Positions 29,088 to 38,487 of a stretch of 54,827 nucleotides of DNA are shown piece after piece. Under the pieces are notes generated by a model. The model did not search any database. It had not been told where the DNA came from and was given only the letters and a program-made list of their open reading frames with translations. The stretch covers positions 1 through 54,827 of the forward strand of contig CALQRA010000004.1 of NCBI GenBank assembly GCA_943332855.1, in the 5' to 3' direction. The stretch comes from Candidatus Kuenenia stuttgartensis (GTDB taxonomy: Bacteria > Planctomycetota > Planctomycetia > Pirellulales > UBA1268). Position numbers and translations under genes: made by a program. Position 1 is the stretch's first letter, and every line of letters begins with the position of its first letter.

Positions 29088-29822
29088 TCAGTCGCGGCCG
29101 CGGGGGCGGTCGCCAGGGGAGGGTTCGACATGCGTGGTGTGGCCGTCGCCGATCCCGACGGCATCGACGATCCGGTCGGCGGCGGGGCCGAAGATCAGCT
29201 CCTTGTTCTCAAACAGCGCCTCGGGGTCGCGGTCGAGCATCTGCATCCGCCGCTTCCGAAACCAGAAGAACGCCACCACCGCCAGGAAGGCGAGCGAGAT
29301 CGCCGCCAGCGTTAGCCCCCGTTCGGCCGAGCGGATCAGGCCGCTGATGCTGTCCCCAAAGGAATAGGCCAGCCCGAAGAATCCGCCGATGACCACCGAT
29401 GCGCAAAGGAGATCGGCGAGAAGGAACCAGCGGTACTTCACCTTGAGCATGCCGGCGGTGAGGTAGAAGGGGCTCCGCAGGCCGACGAGGAATCGGGCGA
29501 CGAAGAACGCCTTGATTCCGTGCCGGTTGATGAGATCCTCGATCGTCTTCTCGCGTTCGGGGGTGAGAAACCCCGACCACCACGGATGGTCGCGGAGGAT
29601 CTTGGCGCCAAAAAATCTCCCCACGGCGTACATCAGGCTGTCGCCGAGCACCGCGCCGAGGAGGCAGGCAGGGAGGGCGTAATACCACTGCAGCGCCCCC
29701 GCCTTGCTGGCGACGCCGGCAGCGATGATCGGCACCTCCTCCGGCACAGGGAGCCCGATCCCCGTGAGCGTCAGGAAGATCACGATGCCGAGGTACGACC
29801 CCTGCTCGAACCACTCGATCAT
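29088..29822 (-). CDS. DedA family membrane protein
   Basis: GLPVPEE, LGDSLMYAVGR, FVARFLVGLR motifs. Confidence 0.9.
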   Translation of the reverse strand: MIEWFEQGSYLGIVIFLTLTGIGLPVPEEVPIIAAGVASKAGALQWYYALPACLLGAVLGDSLMYAVGRFFGAKILRDHPWWSGFLTPEREKTIEDLINRHGIKAFFVARFLVGLRSPFYLTAGMLKVKYRWFLLADLLCASVVIGGFFGLAYSFGDSISGLIRSAERGLTLAAISLAFLAVVAFFWFRKRRMQMLDRDPEALFENKELIFGPAADRIVDAVGIGDGHTTHVEPSPGDRPRGRD

Positions 29823-30147
29823 GTTCAGTTCGGTCGGGTGTCCAGGGAGTCGGCCCGTCTCGTGTCACGCCCAAACAGTGTACCCCAGGAAGACCGCCGG
29901 GGCAGGGGACTTCCGCCCTCCGCCGGCGCCGGAAACGGGCCGGCACCGCTCTTTCTACCCCGATTGCCCTTGCCGCGCGAGGGCAATTCTGCCAACGCCC
30001 GTTCTCCGCCCCTGACCATCCAATGCCCTCGTCCTCCTCTCGTTCGATCCGCCACCGGCGTTCACCCCCCTGGGGCTGGGTGGCAGCCTGCCTGGCCGGC
30101 CTGGCGGGGGGCGTCGCCGGCGCGTCCTGATGCGCCGTGGGCACCGC

Positions 30148-31191
30148 TCACACCACGCGCACCACCTCCAGCCCCTCCCCCGGATCCCACTCGACGAGTT
30201 GGGGGTCGAGGTTCGCCGTGAGGACGCGGACATTGGCGGGATTGCGGGCGGGGACAACGAGCACCGCAGCGCAGTCGCCGCCGGCCGGCGCGATCCGCTC
30301 GAGCCCAGCCGGCCCGAGGACATAGAGCGCCGTGGAGAGGGCATCGGCATCGGCCGCGCGCGGCGCGATCACCGTCGACGACAGCACCCCTTCCGCCGGA
30401 AGCCCGCTGCGTGGGTCGAGGATGTGCCCGAGCCGGCGCCCGCGGTCGACGAAGAACTGGGTCCCCGAACCGCTCGTTCCCAGGGCCGCGTCGACGAGCG
30501 TCACGGTGGCCAGCCGCCGCCCCGGCCGGAGCGGATGGCGGATGCCGACGCGCCACCCTCGCCGTCCGGGAAGGGCTGGCCCCTGGAGTCCGATGGCGCG
30601 GACACTGCTCGAGCCGCCATGGACGAGCACGCTCGCCACCCCGGCGGCGGTGAGCATCCCGATCACCGCATCGAGCGCCCACCCTTTGCCGATCGCCCCG
30701 AGGTTGAGCTCGAGGCCGGGGCGCGTGAAGCGCACCCGCCCCGCGACCTCGTCGATCTCGACATGCTCCATCCCCGCCGCCGCCCGAGCGGCGGCGAGCG
30801 TCGGGGCGTCGGGGGTGCGCCCCTGGCGCCGCAGGAAGCCCCAGGCACGGACGAGGCTCCCGGCGGCCGGATCGAAGCCACCGGCCGTCCGCGCATGGAG
30901 CGAGCGGGCGTGGGCGAGGAGGGCCACGATGTCCGCCGCGACCGGCTGCCACCCCTGGGGAGCGGTAGCGTTGAGACGGGCGAGCTCGCTTGAGTCGCGG
31001 TAGACGGTGATCCGCTCCTCGATCGCGTCGACGAGATCGAGCGCCGCCAGGCCGAGCTCGGTGGCATCGGGCACCTCGCCGGCGTTGAACACCACCTCGA
31101 ACCGGCACGCCATCGCATCCCGCCCCACGACGAGCGAGTGGAGCTCCGGAAGCTCTGGTGCCGGCGGTGGTGGGGAATCGGGCTCGGCCAT
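30148..31191 (-). CDS. apbE: FAD:protein FMN transferase (ApbE family)
   Basis: AMACRFEV, SELARLN, GGFDP, LNLGAIGKG, GTSG, HILDPRSG, ADALSTA motifs. Confidence 0.92.
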   Translation of the reverse strand: MAEPDSPPPPAPELPELHSLVVGRDAMACRFEVVFNAGEVPDATELGLAALDLVDAIEERITVYRDSSELARLNATAPQGWQPVAADIVALLAHARSLHARTAGGFDPAAGSLVRAWGFLRRQGRTPDAPTLAAARAAAGMEHVEIDEVAGRVRFTRPGLELNLGAIGKGWALDAVIGMLTAAGVASVLVHGGSSSVRAIGLQGPALPGRRGWRVGIRHPLRPGRRLATVTLVDAALGTSGSGTQFFVDRGRRLGHILDPRSGLPAEGVLSSTVIAPRAADADALSTALYVLGPAGLERIAPAGGDCAAVLVVPARNPANVRVLTANLDPQLVEWDPGEGLEVVRVV

Positions 31192-31251
31192 GGGAGATCC
31201 CGGAACGTCTCGCACCTCGAGGCCCCCGAGCCTACCAAGCTGGGAACGGGA

Positions 31252-32835
31252 TCAGCGGTTCCAAGGCTTTCCGGGGAGCGTCGTCGGCCAGGTGTCGTTG
31301 GTCAGCCAGACGAGCGACGTCGCGACCTTGCCGAGGCCACCGGCCCCGGCAGGCTGAGTGACGGAGACGCCGGCATTCCCGGCATCGACACTGACGCGCA
31401 CCTGACGGAATCCCTCGTCGGCAGTCACGAGGCTCTGGGGGAGCGACGGGCGGAAGCCGGCGGGAATCTTGCCGAGGAGCCCCTTCAGTTGGCGGCTGCC
31501 ACGCAGTCCGACGAGCGCCAGTTCGACGGTGTCCCCGACGCGCTTCAGGACGGCGCGGTCGAGTCCGCCGCCGCTCGGCAGCCGCATCGCGGCGGTGACA
31601 TCACGGGCGCCGGAGGCCCGCAGACCGGTCGTCGGCCCAGCCGGCCCGACATCTCCCTTGGGGCCAGCGGCGCCGGGCTTGCCATCCTTGCCGTTGAGGC
31701 CGTTCTTCCCAGCCACACCGGGCTTGCCGGGCGCTCCCGCCGGGCCACTCTCCCCCTTCGGGCCAGCCGCGCCGGGCTTTCCATCCTTGCCGTTGAGGCC
31801 GTTCTTCCCAGCGGCGCCGGGCTTGCCGGGCGCTCCCGCCACACCGGGCTTTCCATCCTTACCGTTGAGGCCGTTCTTCCCAACTGCGCCGGGCTTCCCA
31901 GGCGCTCCCGCCGGGCCGCTCTCCCCCTTCGGGCCGGCCACACCGGGCTTCCCATCCTTGCCGTCGAGGCCGTTCTTCCCAGCCGCGCCGGGCTTTCCAT
32001 CCTTACCGTTGAGGCCGTTCTTCCCAGCTGCACCGGGCTTGCCGGGCGCTCCTGCCGCGCCGCTCTCCCCCTTGGGGCCGGCCACACCGGGCTTTCCATC
32101 CTTGCCGTCGAGGCCGTTCTTCCCAGCCGCGCCGGGCTTGCCGGGCGCTCCTGCCGCGCCGTTCTCCCCCTTCGGGCCGGCCGCGCCGGGCTTCCCATCC
32201 TTGCCGTCGAGACCGTTCTTCCCAGCGGCGCCGGGCTTGCCGGGCGCTCCTGCGGGGCCCTGCTTGCCAGCCGCGCCAGCCGGGCCCACCGGGCCGCGCT
32301 CCCCCTTGAGGCCAGCGACACCGGGCTTCCCATCCTTGCCGTTGATTCCGTTGAGGCCGTTGACGCCATCAATGCCGTCGAGCCCCGATTTCCCCTGCGG
32401 GCCCGCCGCACCGGCCGGTCCCGGTTTGCCATCTTTTCCGGCTGGGCCGAGCTTCCCGTCGAGGCCAGGCTTCCCCTGTGGGCCGGCCGGACCGGGCTCT
32501 CCCCGATCCCCCTTCGGCCCCGCCTGGCCCGGCTCGCCGCGCGGGCCGATCGTCCCCGGCTCTCCCTGAATCCCAGGCTCCCCCTTCGGCCCGGGTTCTC
32601 CCTGAACACCCGTCAGACCGGCAGCGCCGGCGAGGCCAGTGGCTCCCGAACCCGCATTCCCCGAGCGCCACAGCGTCAGATCGACCCACCGGGAGTTGAT
32701 GTCGTCCCAGATCCACAGCCGCCCCTTCGCCTCTTCATACCAGGCATCGCCGAGGTCCCCTTGCGCGGGGAGAGTGCGGGAATCCTCGATGATTCCCAAG
32801 ACGGCATGCACGGGCGGAATGTTGCGATTGACCAC
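31252..32835 (-). CDS. Collagen-like (Gly-X-Y) protein with short globular termini
   Basis: About 113 uninterrupted Gly-X-Y triplets (31630-32646); start uncertain, GTG at 32835 chosen within ORF 31252..32946. Confidence 0.9.
   Translation of the reverse strand: MVNRNIPPVHAVLGIIEDSRTLPAQGDLGDAWYEEAKGRLWIWDDINSRWVDLTLWRSGNAGSGATGLAGAAGLTGVQGEPGPKGEPGIQGEPGTIGPRGEPGQAGPKGDRGEPGPAGPQGKPGLDGKLGPAGKDGKPGPAGAAGPQGKSGLDGIDGVNGLNGINGKDGKPGVAGLKGERGPVGPAGAAGKQGPAGAPGKPGAAGKNGLDGKDGKPGAAGPKGENGAAGAPGKPGAAGKNGLDGKDGKPGVAGPKGESGAAGAPGKPGAAGKNGLNGKDGKPGAAGKNGLDGKDGKPGVAGPKGESGPAGAPGKPGAVGKNGLNGKDGKPGVAGAPGKPGAAGKNGLNGKDGKPGAAGPKGESGPAGAPGKPGVAGKNGLNGKDGKPGAAGPKGDVGPAGPTTGLRASGARDVTAAMRLPSGGGLDRAVLKRVGDTVELALVGLRGSRQLKGLLGKIPAGFRPSLPQSLVTADEGFRQVRVSVDAGNAGVSVTQPAGAGGLGKVATSLVWLTNDTWPTTLPGKPWNR
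31660..32370 (-). repeat. Higher-order ~99-bp tandem repeats within the collagen region
   Basis: Recurrent 33-aa unit GAPGKPGAAGKNGL(D/N)GKDGKPG(A/V)AGPKGE(S/N)G(A/P)A with internally deleted variants. Confidence 0.85.
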
Positions 32836-32902
32836 GGACGAGTCCCCTAAAACACGGGAGCGGGCAGATGAACCCAAGCCCCCTAGGCTGATTATTTGAT
32901 GC

Positions 32903-32931
32903 AAATTACCCAGACAAACAGGGCATTGCAA
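32903..32931 (-). promoter_or_regulatory. Possible sigma-70-like promoter for the collagen-like gene
   Basis: Minus strand TTGCAA, 17-nt spacer, TAATTT in an AT-rich patch flanked by the inverted repeat GCTGATT/AATCAGC. Confidence 0.4.
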
Positions 32932-33116
32932 ATCAGCTCCCGGCACGGCCGAGCCCGCAGGGGATCACTCTCCAGGGGGATTCACAACGCCTTGCGGCCC
33001 TGCCGGGGCAGTCACGCTCTGTGACCGACCGCCAGCCCCGGGCGCCCAAGATCTGGTTTTCGGGCTTCTCCGGTCCCCGCCGCCGGAGCGGTCGGAGATG
33101 ACTTTCCCGCAGCCTG

Positions 33117-34583
33117 CTAACGCGGGGCGAGCCCGCGATCGAAGGCATCTTGGTCACGTTGGAACACGGCCAACTCCCGCTCGAACTGCTCCAGCGGGAT
33201 CGTCCACACCGGCTGCTCCGAGGTGTGGGAGTGGCAGTGGGAGACGAGGAGGCGATGGAGGAACTTGAACAGGTGACGGGGCACCCGCAGGGTCCGCAGG
33301 CCATCGATGAGCCGCCTCTGGTCGACAGCCGGATCGAAGAGCTGCGCAAGCGTTGCCGGGGGGCTCCCGACGCTCGCCGCCTTCACCCGCTGGGAGGCAA
33401 TGTCGTAGAGCGTTTCGCCGGTCCACTCCAGGCCCGGCACGAGATTCTGCTTGTCGAGCCGGGCGCGCTGGTTGAACTGTTCGTCCTCCCGCTCGATGAA
33501 GCGGTAGAGCTCCTCGGGAAGGAGAAGCTTGAAGCCGAGCCCGGGGGATTTCAGAAACTTGTTGTCGAGCATCGGCCAGACGAGGAGCCGCATCCGCTCG
33601 GCCTGGCCGTTGACGGCGTGCGGCTCGTCGACGCGGTCGACGATCACCACCATCCCGGTGTAGCCGAGGGCGGCAAGCACCCCCTGAAACTTCGCGAGGA
33701 GCTCGTAACGGTCGTCGCTGCGCGCATGCTTCGGCAGCGGCTGGCCAGCGAGATCGACCTCCGGCATCCGCGCCAGGGCTTGGGTCAGCTGGCCGGTGGT
33801 ACGGTTGCCGGTGCGCATGCCGCGAACGATCCGCCGCGCGGTCCACCACGCCCGCACCCGCCGCCATAGCCAGGGGGCCCAGGCGGCGAACAGGAGCGTC
33901 CACGGCCACCACAGCCCCGTCCAATCGAGATTGCCGCGGACACCCCCCGACACGAGCGCCCCGGCCATCAGTGCCGTTGCCACCATTCCCAGCCACCACG
34001 ACCAGGACGACTTCCACGTCTTGTAGCCGACGAGCCGGCGGAGCCGGGCCCAGCGGGAGGGGAAGGTCTCGCCGGTCGACTGGTCGTAGCAGGCGGCCAG
34101 GAGCGCCAGATCTCGCGCCTGCGGACCGGCGAGCCGGTGCTTCTCGCGTCCGCCCCCCTCGAGGAGCTTCGAGACGAGTTGTGTCGTGCCGAGAGCGAGG
34201 ATGGCGTCGATGTGGTCCCACAATTTCCAGTGGGCGAGCACCTTCTCCACCGGCCGCTTCGGACCGACCCGGTCGATGAACCGATCGAGAAACGGATTGA
34301 AGTCGTCATAGAGAACGACGAACGTCTTCCGTTCGGGATGATCGGCATCGTGGCGCTCGAACTGCCGCACCATCTGCAGCTTGAGCGCCGTCTTCCCCGC
34401 CCCTTTCTCGCCGAACACGATCGCGGTGCTTGGATCGTCCGGGTTGCCGTAGATCTTGTCCCAGGCCGGATGAAAGGTCGACTCCAGGCAGGTGCGCTTG
34501 AAGACGGTGTCGTTTTGCGCGTCTTCCTCGGCAAACGGGTTGCCAGCGATGCGGTGGTGGTCGAGGAAGTCCTGGATCTTCAT
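33117..34583 (-). CDS. Membrane-associated P-loop NTPase (KAP-like architecture)
   Basis: Walker A GEKGAGKT; two Trp-rich hydrophobic helices; Walker B-like VVIVDRVDE after them. Confidence 0.75.
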   Translation of the reverse strand: MKIQDFLDHHRIAGNPFAEEDAQNDTVFKRTCLESTFHPAWDKIYGNPDDPSTAIVFGEKGAGKTALKLQMVRQFERHDADHPERKTFVVLYDDFNPFLDRFIDRVGPKRPVEKVLAHWKLWDHIDAILALGTTQLVSKLLEGGGREKHRLAGPQARDLALLAACYDQSTGETFPSRWARLRRLVGYKTWKSSWSWWLGMVATALMAGALVSGGVRGNLDWTGLWWPWTLLFAAWAPWLWRRVRAWWTARRIVRGMRTGNRTTGQLTQALARMPEVDLAGQPLPKHARSDDRYELLAKFQGVLAALGYTGMVVIVDRVDEPHAVNGQAERMRLLVWPMLDNKFLKSPGLGFKLLLPEELYRFIEREDEQFNQRARLDKQNLVPGLEWTGETLYDIASQRVKAASVGSPPATLAQLFDPAVDQRRLIDGLRTLRVPRHLFKFLHRLLVSHCHSHTSEQPVWTIPLEQFERELAVFQRDQDAFDRGLAPR

Positions 34584-34626
34584 GTCGGCAGACGACTCCG
34601 GGAGCGGGAACTGGGGAGCAGGACCG

Positions 34627-35208
34627 TCACTTGCCGGCGGGCACGAGCCCTTCGACCATGGCGCGGAATCCGTCGGCATACTTCGCGACGGTCTTCCCCG
34701 GTCCGTAAAACTTCAAAAAGTAATTGCCGCGGTCGGGCGTTTCCACGATCGCCGCGAGCATCCGGTAATCGGGGCGGTCGACGGCCTTGCCACCGGCAAA
34801 AGGCCCAGCGGGAGCGTCCTTGTAGGTGCCGGTGATGTCGACGATCGTGACGTCGCATCCGGCCAGCTTGACCTTCTTCGTCGTCGCCTTCGACTTCGTG
34901 TCGCTCCCATCGGGCTGGGCGAACTGGCCATACCAGCGATCGACGTTCGCCTGAACGCTCCCCCCGGCTCCCATGACGGTCATCCGCCCAGGCTGAAGCC
35001 CTTCCCCTTCCGAAGGAATCGAAAACTCCGTCTCGACGATCGACGACTTCGGCTGCACCCGCTTCCAGCCCTCCGGGGCGGCAAGCGAAAAACCCTCCTC
35101 GGCGATCGTGTAGGAGAGCGCCTCGGCCCCGTCCTGCCAGGCCTGAACGGGGGCCGCGGCGGCGACAAGGGCAACCACGAGGGCGACGAGGGCTAAACGG
35201 ACGTGCAT
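34627..35208 (-). CDS. Conserved hypothetical exported protein
   Basis: Clear signal peptide (..AAAAPVQA); PEGWK, GGSVQANVDRWYGQF, YFLKFYGP segments. Confidence 0.75.
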   Translation of the reverse strand: MHVRLALVALVVALVAAAAPVQAWQDGAEALSYTIAEEGFSLAAPEGWKRVQPKSSIVETEFSIPSEGEGLQPGRMTVMGAGGSVQANVDRWYGQFAQPDGSDTKSKATTKKVKLAGCDVTIVDITGTYKDAPAGPFAGGKAVDRPDYRMLAAIVETPDRGNYFLKFYGPGKTVAKYADGFRAMVEGLVPAGK

Positions 35209-35283
35209 AAAGGCGCTCCGGTGCGGTGTCGGGCGGAAATGACGCTTCATCGTAGCAGCGTGACGAGGGAGCGTGAGAGGGGG

Positions 35284-35961
35284 TCAGTCGGCGGCGGGGG
35301 GGAGGAGTTCGGGAAGCGTTTCCAGGGCCACCATCTCCGCCAGCCCCGCCTCCACCATCTCCTTTCCCGAGACGTAGCGGTGGGTCTTGATCCAGTGGGC
35401 GATGAGGTCGTGCGACCTGCCGAAGAGGTCACAGAGCATCCGGTCCATCTCCCCCTCGATCTCGACAAAATGGCGCGACCACTCGGCCGCCTCGGTGATC
35501 CCGATGTGCTCCTCGCTCTGCCACTTCATCGGATGGAAGAGAAACACGCTGTAGGGGGTAACGAGCCGGCGGATGCAGGTGGCAAACGGCCACAGCGCGG
35601 CCGACGAACACTCGCCGCCGACGATCCCCGTCGCCCGCACGCCGCGCAACTTCATGAGCGTCGAGAGCGCCATCGCGCAGTAGGGATTCCCGCCGGGGGA
35701 ATCGAACCAGATCGTGCACTCGCCCCCTGGCGGCACGCCGAGGAGTTTGTCGGTGAGGTCGGCCTCGTTGTCGGTCAGATCGCCGACCAGCGCGATCTCG
35801 AGCGGCCCGCGCTCGTCGTCGCCGCGGTCGCGCTCGCGGGGCCGTGCCGCCGGGCGGCGGCGCGCCTCGCCCCCCCGACCGCGCCGCGGCAGGGCTGGCC
35901 CGGTTCCGCGGCGGATGGGGCCACGCTCCGGCCGTGGGCCGGCAAATCGTCCTCTCGACAT
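35284..35961 (-). CDS. ClpP-like protease proteolytic subunit
   Basis: DSPGG, GECSSAA (Ser), FLFHP (His), YVSGKEMVEAGL; Arg-rich N-terminal extension. Confidence 0.8.
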   Translation of the reverse strand: MSRGRFAGPRPERGPIRRGTGPALPRRGRGGEARRRPAARPRERDRGDDERGPLEIALVGDLTDNEADLTDKLLGVPPGGECTIWFDSPGGNPYCAMALSTLMKLRGVRATGIVGGECSSAALWPFATCIRRLVTPYSVFLFHPMKWQSEEHIGITEAAEWSRHFVEIEGEMDRMLCDLFGRSHDLIAHWIKTHRYVSGKEMVEAGLAEMVALETLPELLPPAAD

Positions 35962-35980
35962 CACGGGCAGGTCCTCGGTG

Positions 35981-36997
35981 TCAGCTGCGGTAGTCGCCGT
36001 GACAGGCGTCACACGACTTCTTCAGATCGCCGACCGCAGTTCGAACGGCATCGTAGTCAGACTTGCGTGCCGCGTCGCGAGCGCGCACGGCCGCATCGCG
36101 CATCGCGGCGGCATAACCCCGGTAGGTGTCGTCGTCGGAGTACTCGAAGTCCTTCTGTTGGATCACCTCGCCGATCGCGGCGACGATCTCGATCTCCCGC
36201 AGGAGCGAGTCGACCTGTTTCTCGAAATCTCCCTTGGAGGCGACGATCCCGCCGGCCGTCTGCTCGGCCACTTCCAAACGGCTCATGAGCGCCGGCCGCG
36301 CCGCCACCTGGCTCCAGGTGAAATCCTCCTCCCGATCGGCCTTCTTGGCGGGGGCCCCGCCGTCGAGGAGGGCGTCAAGATCGGCGGCCCGGGCCTTCGC
36401 CTCGGCAAACGAACCGTCGGTCCCCACCTTGCAATTGAAGCCGACCCGGGCGAAGAGATCGCGGGCGTTCTCGGCATCCTTCTTCCAGCGGACATCACCG
36501 TCGTGGGCGGCGATCACCCCGAACACCAGAGCGATCGCGCTGAAGGACTCGCGGGCCTTGTCGTAGCCCCCCCCTTTGAACTCCGAGGCGGAGGCGATCG
36601 AGGCGACGACGATCTTCCTCTGCTCCTTGACCTCGTCAGTGAGGGTGTCGGGGGAGACGAGGGTCGACCAGCGGAATCCGCCCTCCTCCCCACCGGCCGC
36701 CGCGGCCGGCGCGCCAGTCCGACCCGCCGCGCGGGCCGCCGAGGCGGCGGCGAAGTCGGGGCGTTCCCCTTCGAGCGTCGCGAAGGCGTCGTCGAAGAAC
36801 GCCGACTTCGACGTCTTGTCCCAGACCTTGGCGGGGGGCTTGGCCCGCTGCCGCTCCCGCGGCCGGCGCCCACTCTGGGCGGCATCGCCGAACGTGGCCC
36901 CGACGGCGAGGCCGACGGCGAGAATCATCACCAGCCCTGCCGGGACGCGGCGGCCAGCCGGTGAACGGGGCGTTGGGAGCGAGGTGGGCGGGGGCAT
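35981..36997 (-). CDS. Cytochrome c (class II-like, C-terminal heme motif)
   Basis: CDACH five residues before the C-terminus, helical Ala-rich body, N-terminal signal/anchor. Confidence 0.8.
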   Translation of the reverse strand: MPPPTSLPTPRSPAGRRVPAGLVMILAVGLAVGATFGDAAQSGRRPRERQRAKPPAKVWDKTSKSAFFDDAFATLEGERPDFAAASAARAAGRTGAPAAAAGGEEGGFRWSTLVSPDTLTDEVKEQRKIVVASIASASEFKGGGYDKARESFSAIALVFGVIAAHDGDVRWKKDAENARDLFARVGFNCKVGTDGSFAEAKARAADLDALLDGGAPAKKADREEDFTWSQVAARPALMSRLEVAEQTAGGIVASKGDFEKQVDSLLREIEIVAAIGEVIQQKDFEYSDDDTYRGYAAAMRDAAVRARDAARKSDYDAVRTAVGDLKKSCDACHGDYRS

Positions 36998-37289
36998 CGG
37001 GAGTCAGGGCGGGGGGTGAACGTTGGGTGAGGGGAGCGCGGCGCTGGCGGGGCGGGGAAGGATGGGGGGAAAAGGCAATCGGGGACAAGCGACGCCGTCA
37101 TCCTATCCCCTTCTCCCGACCGCGCGTCCCCCCCCGGGCCGCTGGTTTTTCCAAGCCGTTATTCACCTTGACCGTCGTCCGCGGCGCCGTCACCCTTCCG
37201 CCCCGATTGTTCCCGCCGGCAGGCCGCCGGTCGACCCTGGCCCGCCGCCACGACAGCACCCATCAATTCCCGCCGGAATGGAGTCCCCT

Positions 37290-38009
37290 ATGCCTCTCAA
37301 TCCCCCCCCTACTCCCGCGTTGTCCCAGGTTGGCCGCTGGTCCCTCTGGACCGCGAGTTTCCTCGCCGGCTGTGCCGTGGTCTGTGGCCTCGTCCTTTCC
37401 GGTTGCTCCGGGGGTGGGGGAACCGCGACCACGGCCGGCACGAAGTCGGGGGGGACTGAATCGGCAAAGGCCTCGGTGGTTGAGTTTCTCGAGGCGATCA
37501 AGCGCGGCGACGACGCAGCGGCCTCGTCGATGCTGACGACCGTCGCGCGGACGAAGACGGAGGAGCTCGGCCTGACGGTCGCGCCGCCGGTGAACCCTTC
37601 CGCCCGCTACCAGGTGAAGGACTGCGAACTGATCGGTGATTCCGGCGACCTGGTCCATGTCGGGACGGTGTGGTCCGACACCGACGAAGCGGGGCAGGAG
37701 AGCAGCGAGAACATCGTCTGGGTGGTCCGTCTCGACCCAGAGGGCTGGCGCGTGGTGGGGATGGCGATGAAGGTCTTCGACGACATGGCACCCCTCCTGC
37801 TGAACTTCGAAGATCCCGACGACATGATCGCGAAGCAGGAGATGGTTGCCGTCGAGATGCAGCGCAGGGCCCAGGCGGCCGAGCAGGCCGAGGGGAGTGC
37901 TCCCATCCCGACCACCGGCACCACCGTCGCGCCGGCCACGCCCGCTTCGCAGGTGGGCCAGCCGGCCGCCGCGACCGCCGCCCAGCCGGGGAGCGATCGC
38001 CGCCGCTGA
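37290..38009 (+). CDS. Hypothetical lipoprotein
   Basis: Lipobox LSGC after a hydrophobic stretch; globular core V.EFLEAIKRGD...EGWRVVGM. Confidence 0.7.
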   Translation: MPLNPPPTPALSQVGRWSLWTASFLAGCAVVCGLVLSGCSGGGGTATTAGTKSGGTESAKASVVEFLEAIKRGDDAAASSMLTTVARTKTEELGLTVAPPVNPSARYQVKDCELIGDSGDLVHVGTVWSDTDEAGQESSENIVWVVRLDPEGWRVVGMAMKVFDDMAPLLLNFEDPDDMIAKQEMVAVEMQRRAQAAEQAEGSAPIPTTGTTVAPATPASQVGQPAAATAAQPGSDRRR

Positions 38010-38073
38010 ACCGGCCTGGCGCGGCTGCCCGGCGGAGCGTCTGGCAGCCCGAAAAACCTCGACAGAACGCACC

Positions 38074-38109
38074 AGGCGACCGGGAGCCCCCTCCCGGCCG
38101 CCTTTTTTT
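38074..38109 (+). terminator. Rho-independent terminator
   Basis: AGGCGACCGGGAG-CCCC-CTCCCGGCCGCCT stem-loop running into a T7 tract. Confidence 0.8.
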
Positions 38110-38230
38110 ATGACCGCGGAGGCCCGGGTTCCCCGCCATCCCCCCTGTTGTGGCCCGGATTCCCGGCCCAGACGGTCCAGCCGACCCCGGTGCCCCCCAT
38201 TTATGGTGAGCTGACGATCGGGGCCGGTTC

Positions 38231-38258
38231 TTGACACCTCCCCCCCGGCTGTTAGCCT
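38231..38258 (+). promoter_or_regulatory. Putative sigma-70 promoter upstream of the Cys-rich protein
   Basis: TTGACA (38231-38236), 16-nt spacer, TAGCCT (38253-38258). Confidence 0.6.
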
Positions 38259-38289
38259 TCTACCCAGATCCCCTAAACGGCAATCTTTC

Positions 38290-38470
38290 GCCAACCCGCA
38301 GCACTTACAGGGCAGTGCCGCTGGTTGTCGGGGTGTTCCGCAGGGGGCTCTCCGCTCCGGCTGGCTGATGCCATCCGGACTGGCAACGTCTTTGCTGCGG
38401 TCCGGTGGCCGTCCCGGATCGGAAGCGGTTCGTGACGGCCGATTCGGATCGCGTAGCGTCCGATTTTTTT
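38290..38470 (+). ncRNA. Candidate structured 5' leader / attenuator (no known family recognised)
   Basis: Hairpins at 38293-38326, 38370-38409, 38407-38440 and 38444-38463, the last followed by T7. Confidence 0.35.
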
Positions 38471-38487
38471 CTTCCTGGAGATTCAAG

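Noticed and set aside
31138-32850. Long plus-strand ORFs (570 aa, 366 aa) over the collagen gene
   Set aside because: Antisense shadows of a GC-rich repetitive coding sequence
38290-38470. Known riboswitch such as c-di-GMP-I, cobalamin or TPP
   Set aside because: Could not match the conserved cores by eye; kept only as an unassigned structured leader
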